Shown here: positions 14,293-26,395 of the stretch, one piece after another
How the letters are laid out: each line of letters starts with the position of its first letter
Numbering within the stretch: the first letter of the stretch is position 1
NCBI GenBank assembly: GCA_950097015.1
Contig: CATNEN010000041.1
Span: forward strand, 1,302,001 to 1,366,000
Direction: 5' to 3'
Length of the DNA stretch: 64,000 bases
DNA from: Macrostomum hystrix
Lineage: Eukaryota > Animalia > Platyhelminthes
Made by a program: the position numbers and the translations under genes
Notes under the pieces: generated by a model
Told to the model about the DNA's origin: nothing
The model's database searches: none
What the model saw: the letters and a program-made list of their open reading frames with translations, nothing else

Positions 14293-14733
14293 TCCTAAAA
14301 TCTGAAATTCCTGATTCCGGAATGCCAGAAAAAAATTCTCGAATCTGGATTTAGTCAAAGAGCCTTGTGGAATGATACATAGAAAAAAATCGGTTTATTT
14401 AGATCTGAAATTAAAAATAAAAGTTTGGCAATACATTTTTTTCTTAACCTGACTACCAGTGCGGCTCATTTCAATACATGGAAGCCCTAACAGCGAATGC
14501 TAAAGACCTAAAGACCTAATGCTAAACGGCAGATTTTTATATTCTTCAGTAAGATAAAACCCGAAATACTTATCTGGCCTGTTGCTCAGCTTATCTCAAA
14601 ATCCTCAACTTGCAATATAAAATGATTGGCTTTGACTGGCTGGCTACTGATGTGGCTGCTGCTGCTGCTGTTGCTGCCGCAAAGCTTTCACTGCTAGCCA
14701 GCATCCGATAGGCGATTGGTCCGCAATCCCACA

Positions 14734-17700
14734 ATGCGACTTCTTAGACTAAATGGTGCTTCCATCTGTGTCATTGCTCTACTGGGACTTGCGTGTATGC
14801 TTGGTGAGTGCCAATGATTCTGCTGGGTAAAGTTGAATTTACTCGGTAATCTCAATCGGTTCAACAAATGTGCATAGTTCAGTTCAGTTCAGTTCAGTTC
14901 AGTTCATTTCAGTTCAGTTCAGTTCAGTTCAGTTCATTTCAGTTCAGTTCATTTCAGTTCAGTTCATTTCAGTTCAGTTTAGTTTAGTTCAGTTCATTTC
15001 AGTTCATTTCAGTTCAGTTCAGTTCATTTCAGTTCAGTTCATTTCAGTTCAGTTCAGTTCAGTTCAGTTCATTTCAGTTCAGTTCAGTTCATTTCAGTTC
15101 AGTTTAGTTCAGTTCAGTTTAGTTTAGTTCAGTTCAGTTCAGTTCAGTTCAGTTCATTTCAGTTCAGTTCAGTTTAGTTTAGTTTAGTTTAGTTTTGTTT
15201 AGTTCAGTTCAGTTTAGTTTAGTTTAGTTCAGTTCAGTTCATTTCATTTTAGTTCAGTTCATTTCATTTCAGTTCAGTTTAGTTCAGTTCAGTTCAGTTC
15301 AGTTCAGTTCAGTTTAGTTCAGTTCAGTTCAGTTCAGTTCATTTCAGTTCAGTTCAGTTTAGTTTAGTTTAGTTTTGTTTAGTTCAGTTCAGTTTAGTTT
15401 AGTTTAGTTCAGTTTAGTTCATTTAATTTTAGTTCAGTTCATTTCATTTCAGTTCAGTTCAATTCAGTTCAGTTCATTTCAGTTCAGTTCAGTTCAGTTC
15501 AGTTCAGTTCATTTCAGTTCAGTTCAGTTCAGTTCAGTTCATTTCATTTTAGTTCAGTTCAGTTCATTTCAGTTCAGTTTAGTTTAGTTCAGTTCAGTTC
15601 AGTTCATTTCAGTTCAGTTCAGTTCATTTCAGTTCAGTTCAGTTCATTTCAGTTCAGTTCAGTTCAGTTCATTTCATTTTAGTTCAGTTCAGTTCAGTTC
15701 AGTTCATTTCAGTTCAGTTTAGTTCAGTTCAGTTCATTTCATTTTAGTTCAGTTCAGTTCATTTCAGTTCAGTTCAGTTCAATTCAGTTCATTTCAGTTC
15801 AGTTCAGTTCAGTTCAGTTCAGTTCATTTCAGTTCAGTTCAGTTCATTTCAGTTCAGTTCATTTCAGTTCATTTCAGTTCATTTCAGTTCAGTTCAGTTC
15901 AGTTCATTTCATTTTAGTTCAGTTCATTTCAGTTCAGTTCAGTTCATTTCAGTTCAGTTTAGTTCAGTTCAGTTCATTTCATTTTAGTTCAGTTCAGTTC
16001 AGTTCATTTCAGTTCAGTTTAGTTCAGTTCAGTTTAGTTTAGTTTAGTTCAGTTCAGTGCAGTTCAGTTCAGTTCATTTCAGTTCAGTTTAGTTTAGTTC
16101 AGTTTAGTTTAGTTTAGTTTAGTTCAGTTTAGTTTAGTTTTGTTTAGTTCAGTTTAGTTTAGTTCAGTTCAGTTTAGTTTAGTTTAGTTTAGTTCAGTTC
16201 AGTTCAGTTTAGTTTTGTTTAGTTCAGTTCAGTTTAGTTCAGTTCAGTTGATGAGTACAGCTGAGATGCATTGCTGCTAAACACTGCCAGACGCAGCCGT
16301 GGATTCTGCCGGTTCTGGGAGGCATTGTGAGCCTGGCTGGCTGAAGTTGGACGGCCGCTGTGTCCGACTTCTCGAGACTGACGGGGACAGCCGGGCACTG
16401 AAGGCCCTGAGCCGCGATGAAGCCAGGTTTGAGAGATAAATCATTTCATAGTGCTACAGTTTGGCTCATGGAGTGATGGTACAGTTTCGCTCATGGAGTG
16501 ATGGTACAGTTTGGCTCATGGAGTGATGGTACAGTTTGGCTCATGGAGTGATGGTACAGTTTGGCTCATGGAGTGATGGTACAGTTTGGCTCATGGAGTG
16601 ATGGTACAGTTTGGCTCATGGAGTGATGGTACAGTTTGGCTCATGGAGTAATGGTACAGTTTCGCTCATGGAGTGATGGTACAGTTTGGCTCATGGAGTA
16701 ATGGTACAGTTTGGCTCATGGAGTGATGGTACAGTTTGGCTCATGGAGTGATGGTACAGTTTGGCTCATGGAGTGATGGTACAGTTTGGCTCATGGAGTG
16801 ATGGTACAGTTTGGCTCATGGAGTGATGGTACAGTTTGGCTCATTGTACCGTTTGGCAAACTGTAAAATGAGTCCGTACAAAAAATATCCTTCTATTGCT
16901 TTTGCCTGCTATCCACTGGAAGCCTTGGGTCCCTTGAGCCATATCAGTATTTTCAATGTCGAATATATTTTCCAGCTTGAAGATATTTAATGCAATGTTA
17001 TTCAGTAAGAAATATGAAAGGTCCTTCAACTTCGCGCCTTGTTATCGGTCTTATCTTTCGCCTGAATACCTGGAATACCAGCCGCGCCTGGTTCAGCAGC
17101 GGTTTGGAGGGTCGGACAAAAATGCTGCGACCTCTGACCTAAGCGGGCCGAATTGCCAGGGGGTGGCGGTCGCCACCAGCCCATGTGACCCTGCGGCACT
17201 TTCTGGAGACAAATCTTCTGGCTCATGGAAATGGGCATTCAAATTGAAAACATGTCCTAACATTGCCGGTATTTGTGCTGTTATTAATAGTAATCCTGAA
17301 CCGAAACCTCCCAACTCCCCAGATCCCGCTGCCAGACCCTTGGCGCAGAGCTCCTCGACCTGAGCCCAGCTGACTCGGCCGAGCCCGGAGCTGGCGCTCG
17401 CTGCGTCAAGCCGTTCAGCAACTGCGCCATCGGCTGGTACGAGAGTTCGCGGGCCTGCTACCAGCTCAACGCCAAGGCAATGTCCTGGGATGAGGCCAAG
17501 ACTGCCTGCAACCAGATGGGCGCCGACCTCATCCAGATCACCGAGTGAGTGCCGGCCCCACATCTTTACGCTCCGTTTCTCCCAGGCCAATCAGCTCTCA
17601 GCGAGTCCTAGAAGCTCAGTAAACGGGCTTCGGTGACGCCTTTGAACCCTGGACTATCGTACATAGTCTGGGCTCGCAGTTTGAGTTAGGCCTAACGTTT

Positions 17701-20700
17701 TTGGGGGAATTATTTTTGTCATGGCGAGTTTAAGAATAATGTTTTAGATTACTCACAGTAGTAGTGAGGCGAGAATATCAAGTCAGTCTCCAATAAAAAT
17801 GGATGTTTTTGACTTTGCTAATACACGCATATTTCACACACCTATACCTATTTCAGAGAGGATACCCAGCGATTTGTGAACGGCTACCTGAGTGCCTTCA
17901 GAAAGCAGAGCATTTCCTACATCTGGATTGGCATTTACCGTGCGTTTGGCAACTTTTTTGTATTTCCTATTGTTTTTTTCAGTTTTTAGCGTCAAAACAC
18001 TACTCTTGTAGAGCCCGAAAGGTCAGGGCCGCTCACTTGGACCAGCGGGCCGGAGGTAAGCCAGACTTACAAGAACTGGTATCCGGGTCAGCCGCAGGTC
18101 AGCCCGTCTCTGAGAAACTCCGGCCGGGTGATGACCGTCACGGACAATGGCGCCTGGGAGATTGGCGTGCCCACTGAGAGCGGCGGTTACATCTGCCAGT
18201 TGCCACTAGGAGCCACTCCGAGCATTCCTACACCGGACTGTGAGCGCAACAACCCCATCATTCCACTCTTCAACCACCACCCCATTCGACTCTTGCCCCG
18301 CGCAACCACGACCCCATTCCACTCTTGCCCCGCACAACCACCACCCTGTTCCACTCTTGCCCCGCGCAACCACCACCCCATTCCTCTCTTGCCCCGCACA
18401 ACCACCACCCCATTCGACTCTTGCCCCGCGCAACCACCACCCCATTCCACTCTTGCCCCGCGCAACCACGACCCCATTCCACTCTTGCCCCGCGTAACCA
18501 CCACCCCTTGCCACTCTTGCCCCGCGCAACCACCACCCTATTCAACTCCCGCTCTTACGTTTTTTCATCGTAAATCTTTTGTCCGCAGACAAGTTTTCCT
18601 GTCCCGATCAGTGGCATCTTTTCCGCGGTAGCTGCTATCAGTTCTCCAAGACCGAGGCCACCTGGCAGGGTGCCAGAGACGCCTGTCGTCGCTTTTCGCC
18701 CGTCACGGACTTGGTGGACATCCGCGACGACGGCGAGCAGGAATTTGTGCAACGGAACCTGGAACAGCGCGATATCTGGATCGGCCTTCACGCCAAGCCG
18801 GACAAGTGGGGCGACTGGTACTGGAACGATGACCAAATGACGGCCACCTACTACAACTGGAACGATGGCGAGCCGAACAACAGTGGCGGCATCGAGTTCT
18901 GCGTTGAAATTCTCATTAACACAAAGTGGAAGTGGAACGACCGCAGGTGCGACCACCTTGCCGGATACGCCTGCAAAAGACCGGCTGGTGAGTGCGGATA
19001 TGTACAGATGACTATTGAGTAAAGAGTGAATTTCCGAATAGAACCCACTTTGGGGATATGCAGATAATGATTCGAACGAAAGCCGATCGCATTTCGCAGA
19101 CATCAATGGCTCTCCGCCAACTCAGCCTCCGACCACGACTCGGAAGTGGGATCCGATCTGCGGGCCCGGCTGGTACAGGGACCCATTCTCCAACGAGTGC
19201 TACCTGATCAACCTGGAGCCAATGAATTGGAATGATGCCCGGCTTTACTGCCAAAGCCAGCGCGGAGACTTGGCCAGCATCACCAGCATCAGCGTGAGCC
19301 CCAGAAAACCTGATTTTTTGGGATTTTTTGGAATAAAAAAAATCTTAAAACCGCAAATTACTCGTAGAATCGTAAAAGTTATAATTGTAAAAGTTTCGAG
19401 CGGCACAGATCTGTACAGCTTTGCGAGATCCTTAACAGTATAAAAACCACGCTAATTTCCCCTGTGGAGAGGCCAGTTGGTGTAATTCACCGCCCACCGC
19501 CTAGTTCACGACAGCTCCCAAACCGAATCACAGACTTTCGTCAAAGTCCACATTGTGGATAAAAAATATTCGCCCTTTACGATGAACTGTCAGATATATT
19601 CAGTGATTCTTGTCGAACACCCTGGTGACAAGGACTGACTTTGCTCGGTGTAAGCCTTCATGGCGAATCTAAAATAGTTCCATGATATAATAATTAACAA
19701 TATAATAAATTAGCAACAATAGCCGATATCGTTACATGATAAAACTATTCTGAACAGAAAATTATGCCAATATTGGTGGTTTTTGCCACTAAACACCCCG
19801 ACTAGAATTATTGAATACATTGACGATGCCGACGTGTGATTCTGGAAGTTGTTTCATCATTTGAAATGCCCCCCTGTGAATCCCCTTGTCTGCAGGAGAA
19901 GGCCATCATTGCCAGCCAGATTCAGGCTGCCATCCAAGCCGGCGCCAATCCCTTGGCCTTCTGGATCGGCTTGAACGACCTCGCCGAGAAGCACCGCTAC
20001 GTCTGGTCGGACGGCGCCCCGGTGGCCTTCATCAACTGGGACTTCGGCGAGCCCAACAACTGGGAAGACGACGAGGACTGCGGCCAAATCTTCGCTTCAA
20101 ATCTGTTCTGGAACGATGAGACATGCAGTCGGGAGTTCGCGTCAGTCTGCAAGAAGTCGGCCAGCTCTGGAACCACAGCGAGGCCGGTGCCGACAACAAT
20201 TCGGGTGCCGGATGGCCAGACGCGCGGCTGCCCCAGCGGGTACTCGGGCTACAACAGCATGTGCTACCGAGTGTTCAACAACAAGCTGGACTGGGACGGC
20301 GCCAGGCAGCACTGCAGAAATGAGGGCGGCGACCTGGTGTCCATGGAGAACGCTCAGGAGCACGAGTTCGTGTACGAGCTGACGCAGCGGAATGGCGACG
20401 GTGGGTTCTCACGCGATTGTCTGATGGCTCGGGCCTCGAATTTAGGACTCAATTTTGTTGGCCTTCGATCTACATTTAGCTGAGGGCTGTGGCACGCGGG
20501 GGCTGTGGAAACTGACCAATGAGTTCACAGTACACCGCAGCAGTGTTCACCTGCCCTGATTTTTTTCATCGTCAGGCTTATAATTAGAATAATATGAATA
20601 ATATGTTTAATACTACTAATAATAATAATAACAGTAGTAGTTGATTACACCTTCACCAGTTGGGCCAACTGTGCAGCCGACAACGCGGCGCATCTGAAGG

Positions 20701-23700
20701 CTGCGTACAGCTTTTCAGTCCATGGACTGAGGGGACGCCAAACGCACCCCAAATTACACCCAGCTCATGCTTGTACCCCTCTAACAGCTTTAACAGCATT
20801 GCCTAATATGACAATATCATCTTATGGATGATGAGATTGGCATTTAACTGAATAAGCTACTGACATTACTCCATCACTGCAGTGGATATTTGGATCGGGC
20901 TTCACGACACAACGCCGGCTCAGCGCACCATGTATTTCCAATGGAGCGACGGGTCGCCTGTGACCTTCACAAACTGGAACGCTGGGGAGCCAAACGACTG
21001 GGAGAACAAGGAGAACTGCGTGCAGCAGTACGCCACAAGAGTGGTAGGTTCCGCATTTCACGGAAAAAATTCGCACTACCCTTGCTGTAGCTTACAATCC
21101 TGCAGCAACCCCCTAATCCTCACAGAGAGGCTTGTGGAACGACCTGTCCTGTGACGAGCAGCATTCCTTTGTGTGCAAGCGGCGGGAAATCGCCCTGGTG
21201 ACCACCCTGCCCACCACCCGACCGATGGGCTGCCCTGTGGACTATGATGACTTCTACAATGGGAACTGCTACAAGTTCGTGACTGGGGCGACCCAGCTAA
21301 CCTGGAACAGCGCCAACTACGAGTGCAGGGCGATCGGGGGCCTGCTAGTGAGTATTCTGACCAGCGAGGAGCAGGGCCACCTCAACCTGAAGCTGTTCGC
21401 TTTGAATGCCGCGGAGCCCTTCTGGATCGGCCTAGCGCGAAGCCTCGGAGGCCTGGCCTGGACTGGGGGCTCCAGCCTGAGTCCCACGTCCTACACCAAC
21501 TGGGCCTCCGACGCAAACACCAAGGACTCATACGCCTTTATGTATCCAAGCGGCAGAGCGCTGGGCACCTGGAGCATGGAGTCCACAATCTACAAGCACC
21601 CGAACTATGTGTGCAAGCGCCGGCAGGATGGGCCCACAACACCACCACCGCCGCCGACAACCTACGATCCCAGCTTCTGCGCCGCTGGCTGGGCGGAGGC
21701 TGACAACACGTGCTATCGCAGCTTCACCACCGCCATCACCAGCCGGCTCCTGCTCTGGGACGAGGCCAGAGTCTACTGCAAGCACCTGGGAGGCGACCTG
21801 GCCAGTATTCACAGCGACAATGCCACAGAGGTCCTGCGCTCCGTGGTTGACAGTACAGCCAACACGCCCTACTGGATCGGCTTGAACTCCAGGGACACGG
21901 ACAAGAGCCACCAGTGGGTTGACGGCACATCTCCGAACTACTTCAACTGGAAGACAAACGAGCCGAACAATTTCAACAAGAAGCTGAATTGCGTCCTGTT
22001 GGATCACAGGGACATGAAGTGGTATGTCACCAGCTGCTCTGGAACAGCTAACGTCATCTGTGAGACACCCAAAGGAACCAACCCCGGCAATGTGACCACA
22101 ATGGAGCCAACCACGGCCCCAAACGCACCGGACTGCGATGGAATCGGATGGAAGTACTTTAAGGGCTCTTGCTACTACTTTAGAGTGGTCTCAGGCGATT
22201 GGTACACGTCGCGAAAGTACTGTCGAGACAGAGCGGCAGATCTGGTCAGCATCCTGGATGAGGACGAGAATGAGTTTATTCATCGCCAGATCGCAAAGGT
22301 GTCTCGCGTCGCCTCCTACTGGATCGGTCTCAACGAACTCGGCCAAACTGACGGCTTCAAATGGAGCGACGGGAGCGCCGTAGGCTACGTCAATTGGAAG
22401 GAGAACGAGCCAAACAACGCTGGTGGCGCGGAGCACTGCGTCACCATGCACGGCATCGACGGCTTGTGGAATGACGATCAGTGCGGCACAAGCATGCTGA
22501 GCATCTGCAAGCGGAACAATGACACCGCGGCAACGGATCCGCCGCAGACACCCATGCCGGGCGAGTGTCCCAAGGACTTCCACACTGTCGGGGACAAGTG
22601 CTTTCGAATTTTCAGCCGAAGCACTGACTTGGTGACCTGGCAAGAAGCATTTGAACTTTGTGCCGCTTGGGGCGGCGTGAACAAGACTTACCTGGCGTCT
22701 ATTTCGTCTGAGTATGAGCAGGGTGAGTCTTCATGACTGCTTTCTGCAAGCATACATAAAGACCATATTTCTCTATGCGAGCTAAATGTCGGTGATGTTT
22801 TGAGAATCCGAAAACTTTTGACACCAAATTTTCAATCACCCAGCCGCTCTGATCGCTCTCGCCTCGGAAGCCCAGGAGGACCTGTGGATCGGACTGCACA
22901 CCCGGCTGTCCTGGCCGCGCAGATATGTCTGGATTGACAACAGCCAGCTGGTGTACTCCAACTGGGACCGGGGCGAGCCCAACGGCAACGCGAACAACAA
23001 TGTGAGTGCTGAACAATCGGATTTCTGAAATGCAAAGTTTGCACAGCCAGACAGAGCTACATATTTTTCACTTGTGGCTTTCATTTTCACTATGCGCAAA
23101 ATAATTTCATTCTGCACACCGCAGGAAAACTGCGTGGAGATGTACTCGCAGAAGTATCGCGCCGGTAAGTGGAACGACATTCAATGCCAGGCTAAGAGGG
23201 GCTACATCTGCATGACGCACAAGCAGGCCAATCTGCTCACGACCTGGCCGGGGCCGCAGCCGACCCGGCTGCTCTGCTCAGCCGGCTGGATGCAGTACGG
23301 CTCGGCCTGCTTCAGATACTTCGAGCAGCCGGCGAGGTGGGCCGACGCTCAGGCGCAGTGCAAGGCGCAGGGCGGTGATCTGGCTTCCGTGCACGATGTC
23401 TGGGAGCAGAACTACCTCCACTGGCTCACTAGGGACAAGTTAGTGGGGACCACCTGGCTGGGCCTCACGGACCAGCAGACAGAGGGCACCTACCTCTGGT
23501 CCGACGGCTGGCCCGTGCTCTACACCTACTGGGGCATCAACCAGCCGAACGATGAAGCTGGCAAAGGCTGCGTCCGAATGGACGTCAAGGGCAAATGGTT
23601 CAATGGACCGTGCACCGCCATCATGCCCTATCTGTGCCGCATCAGCTTCGGGCCGGCTCCCACCACTCCCCCCAGCGTGCCCGGCCGCTGCCCCAGCAAC

Positions 23701-24640
23701 GAGTTCGTGCAGTACGGCCAGCACTGCTACTACATCTCCGAGGTGCGCATCGCCGCCAACCGGCGCAACTTTGCCAGCGCGCAGCTCGAATGCAAGCTGA
23801 AGGGTGGCGACCTGGCTTCTATAACCAGCCCGGGCGAGCAGGACTTCCTGGCGCACACCATCGCGGCCCTCACCCAGGACGGCCGGGTCTACAGCAACTA
23901 CTGGATCGGCATGGCCCGCCAGCTGGAGGACGGCTTCCAGTGGATGGACGGCAGCCCCGTCAGCTATGTCCACTGGGCCAGGGGCGAGCCCTCCGACAAG
24001 GACGGCTCGGGCGGCGAGAATTGCGTGGAGATGTACCACCTTAACTACCAGTGGAACGACGTCAGCTGCGGTGTCAGCAACGCCTACGTGTGCAAGGTGG
24101 CGAAGAGGCCCTTCACAGCCGGCACCCAGCAGACGGCAGGTGCCACGACTGCCAGCACCGAGCCGGGCGGCATCACGACTGCGAGGGTGACGCAACCGCC
24201 GGGTCAGACGAGCACTTCAGTGACAACCAGGGCAGAGGCTGGAAGGACCACCCAGGGACAGACGGGCCGGCTTATCACGGGTATGTTACTGACTACAAAA
24301 TCACCGACTTAGTTCAGGACCTACAGGGTTGGAAATAGTTTAGAAAAAAATTTGAAACTAGTAGAAAAACATCGCAAACCCCTCGCCAGACCATCGCAAC
24401 GACATCCTGGTTGGCGGCGCGATCGCCGGGATCCTGCTGCTGCTGCTGGTGCTGGTGCTGGCTGTGTTTCTCTACCGGCGCACCCGTCCCAGTCCCAAAG
24501 GCACGGACGAGTCGGGCTTCAGCAACGCCAACTGGAGCAAGGGGGACAGCGAGGCCGTCACCCTGGAGGCCAGGCCGGCTGAATCGGCTGTTGGCATCGC
24601 CAACCCGAGCTTCGCCGCGCCAGTGGAAGCGGAGGCCTGA
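14734..24640 (+). CDS. Mannose-receptor-like multi-CTLD type I membrane protein B (1719 aa predicted: signal peptide, 1 internally deleted plus 10 complete CTLDs, stalk, TM, tail); paralog of A
   Basis: 13 exons: 14734-14803 (MRLLRLNGASICVIALLGLACML), 16291-16426, 17323-17544, 17857-17939, 18012-18239, 18589-18987, 19100-19293, 19896-20400, 20883-21043, 21126-22722, 22844-23001, 23125-24280, 24390-24640. All GT-AG, total 5160 nt. Intron positions and phases match gene A (70, 83 and 194-nt exons identical in length). TM ILVGGAIAGILLLLLVLVLAVFLY. Confidence 0.88.
14876..16250. repeat. Pentanucleotide satellite (AGTTC/ATTTC/AGTTT)n, ~1.4 kb, intron 1 of receptor B
   Basis: Direct repetition. 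Confidence 0.95.
16455..16845. repeat. 25-bp minisatellite (TACAGTTTGGCTCATGGAGTGATGG)n, intron 2 of receptor B
   Basis: About 15 near-identical units. Confidence 0.95.
18243..18545. repeat. 32-bp minisatellite (CATTCCACTCTTGCCCCGCGCAACCACCACCC)n starting at a splice donor
   Basis: About 9 units; source of several spurious ORFs at 18128-18631. Confidence 0.92.
19455..19860 (+). mobile_element. Unclassified interspersed repeat, copy 2 (intron of lectin receptor B)
   Basis: Collinear similarity to 9845-10205 with a short internal insertion. Confidence 0.7.
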
Positions 24641-24754
24641 CAGAGCTTTAATTGACATGCACTGCTGAACTTGTACCTGCCAATTTGCAAAACTGCGTTG
24701 AACATTCCAGTACACGTGGAACCATTCTTAACTGCATCTCTGGGGCACCGAGCT

Positions 24755-25110
24755 GTGTGAGTGAGTGAGTGAGTGAGTGTGTGAGTGAGTGTGAGTGAGT
24801 GAGTGTGTGAGTGAGTGAGTGAGTGAGTGAGTGAGTGAGTGAGTGAGTGTGTGAGTGAGTGTGAGTGAGTGTGAGTGAGTGAGTGAGTGAGTGAGTGAGT
24901 GAGTGAGTGAGTGTGTGAGTGAGTGAGTGAGTGTGTGAGTGAGTGAGTGAGTGAGTCAGTGAGTGAGTGAGTGAGTGAGTGAGTCAGTGAGTGTGTGAGT
25001 GAGTGAGTGTGAGTGTGAGTGTGTGTGTGTGAGTATGTGTGTGAGTGTGAGTGTGAGTGAGTGTGTGTGAGTGTGAGTGAGTATGAGTGAGTGAGTGTGT
25101 GTGTGTGTGT
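24755..25110. repeat. (GAGT)n/(GT)n compound microsatellite downstream of receptor B
   Basis: Direct repetition. Confidence 0.95.
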
Positions 25111-25112
25111 AA

Positions 25113-25480
25113 GGGGGTCGGTGGCAGAGCGGTTATCGCGTTTGCCCCTCGCACCACGGTCCCTAAGTTCGATTCCACGGCGAGGCCACATTTATTTTGG
25201 GAGCAGCCGCGGAGAGAAGGCTTGGGGGCTTGTCGTGCAATTTACGCCCTTGAGGGCCAACCTCCTAAGTACAGTGGAATGTACACTGTCTGACAATTAG
25301 AAAGTCAGAGCAGATGTACACACCTGTGTGAGCGTATGCCTGCGTACAGTATCTGTGTGCGTGTGTTCTCAGGAGTCAGCGAAATGGGCAGAATTGCCTC
25401 CTCGCTGGATGCGGGTCTAGTGTCACCAAATGATGTGCCACTGGCTGCAGCCCTCCTGCAATTATTGCTATTATATTGTG
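25113..25480 (+). mobile_element. tRNA-derived SINE (full-length-looking copy)
   Basis: Pol III A box TGGCAGAGCGG (25122-25132) and B box GTTCGATTCC (25167-25176), a ~300-bp body and an (ATT)-rich tail; flanked by GT microsatellite on both sides. The body recurs at 35417-35715. Confidence 0.75.
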
Positions 25481-26112
25481 TGTGTGTGTGTGTGAGTGTG
25501 TGTGTTGCATGATTGCCAGTTAGACCAGTACACTTGCACCAGTTGTCAGATGTCAGATAGAGCATCAGCTCTTTAAGATCTGAGCAGTGCTCGTGTACGC
25601 ATGTGCAGTATAAAAACTATATATTATATTATTTTCAATTTCGGTTCCTGATTGCTTTGCAACAATCGCAAATTTCCAATGTAAAAATTGATCTACAAAT
25701 TAAATTATATATATATTATTTATTATATTGCTTCCAAGAAAAGAGAAAAACCCGAAGAAAAAAGATAAAAGCTTTTTTACTTTTCAATTGTGAAAGCTAT
25801 AACAATTGAGGATTGACAATAATAGTTTATTTAGTACATAAGCGGCAGTCTGTGAGATGACTTGAAACACGAAAACACTTACTACTAGTCTAATAAGTAG
25901 TGATAGATGAAACTACAGTAGACACAAGAATGACGGCCAAACAACTATCACAGAACATTACATTTTCTTGCTCTACAATCGAATGTTTAGGGAGATAAAC
26001 GCTTAAATATTGGATTAAACAGTGGACTAACTTTTTACAAGCTTGTGAAAGCAGGCTGCTAGAATTTTTACAGACTATTAATAGGCAAGACGTGCAAGGG
26101 CACTCCACGTGT

Positions 26113-26395
26113 TAGGTGGGTCAGGCCCTGGATGTCAGGCGGGTCAGGCCCTGGCTGTCAGGTGGGTCAGGCCCTGGGTGTCAGGTGGGTCAGGCCCTGG
26201 GTGTGAGTGGGTCAGGCCCTGGGTGTCAGGTGGGTCAGGCCCTGGGTGTGAGTGGGTCAGGCCTTGGATGTCAGGTGGGTCAGGCCCTGGGTGTGAGTGG
26301 GTCAGGCCCTGGGTGTCAGGTGGGTCAGGCCCTGGGTGTGAGTGGGTCAGGCCCTGGATGTCAGGTGGGTCAGGCCCTGGATATTAGGTGGTTCA
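26113..26395. repeat. 22-23-bp minisatellite (GGGTCAGGCCCTGGGTGTCAGGT / GTGAGT variants)
   Basis: About 12 units. Confidence 0.92.

Noticed and set aside
13744-14358. LGFGT/LWDLG/PNPK repeat ORFs
   Set aside because: Translations of the 15-bp non-coding repeat.
16455-16845. Regular repeats as a CRISPR array (also 38145-39732)
   Set aside because: Head-to-tail units without unique spacers, eukaryotic intronic context, and no cas genes.
16990-17260. GC-richer stretch in receptor B intron 2 as a hidden exon restoring the truncated CTLD
   Set aside because: No frame gives WIGL/Cys CTLD motifs together with compatible splice phases.
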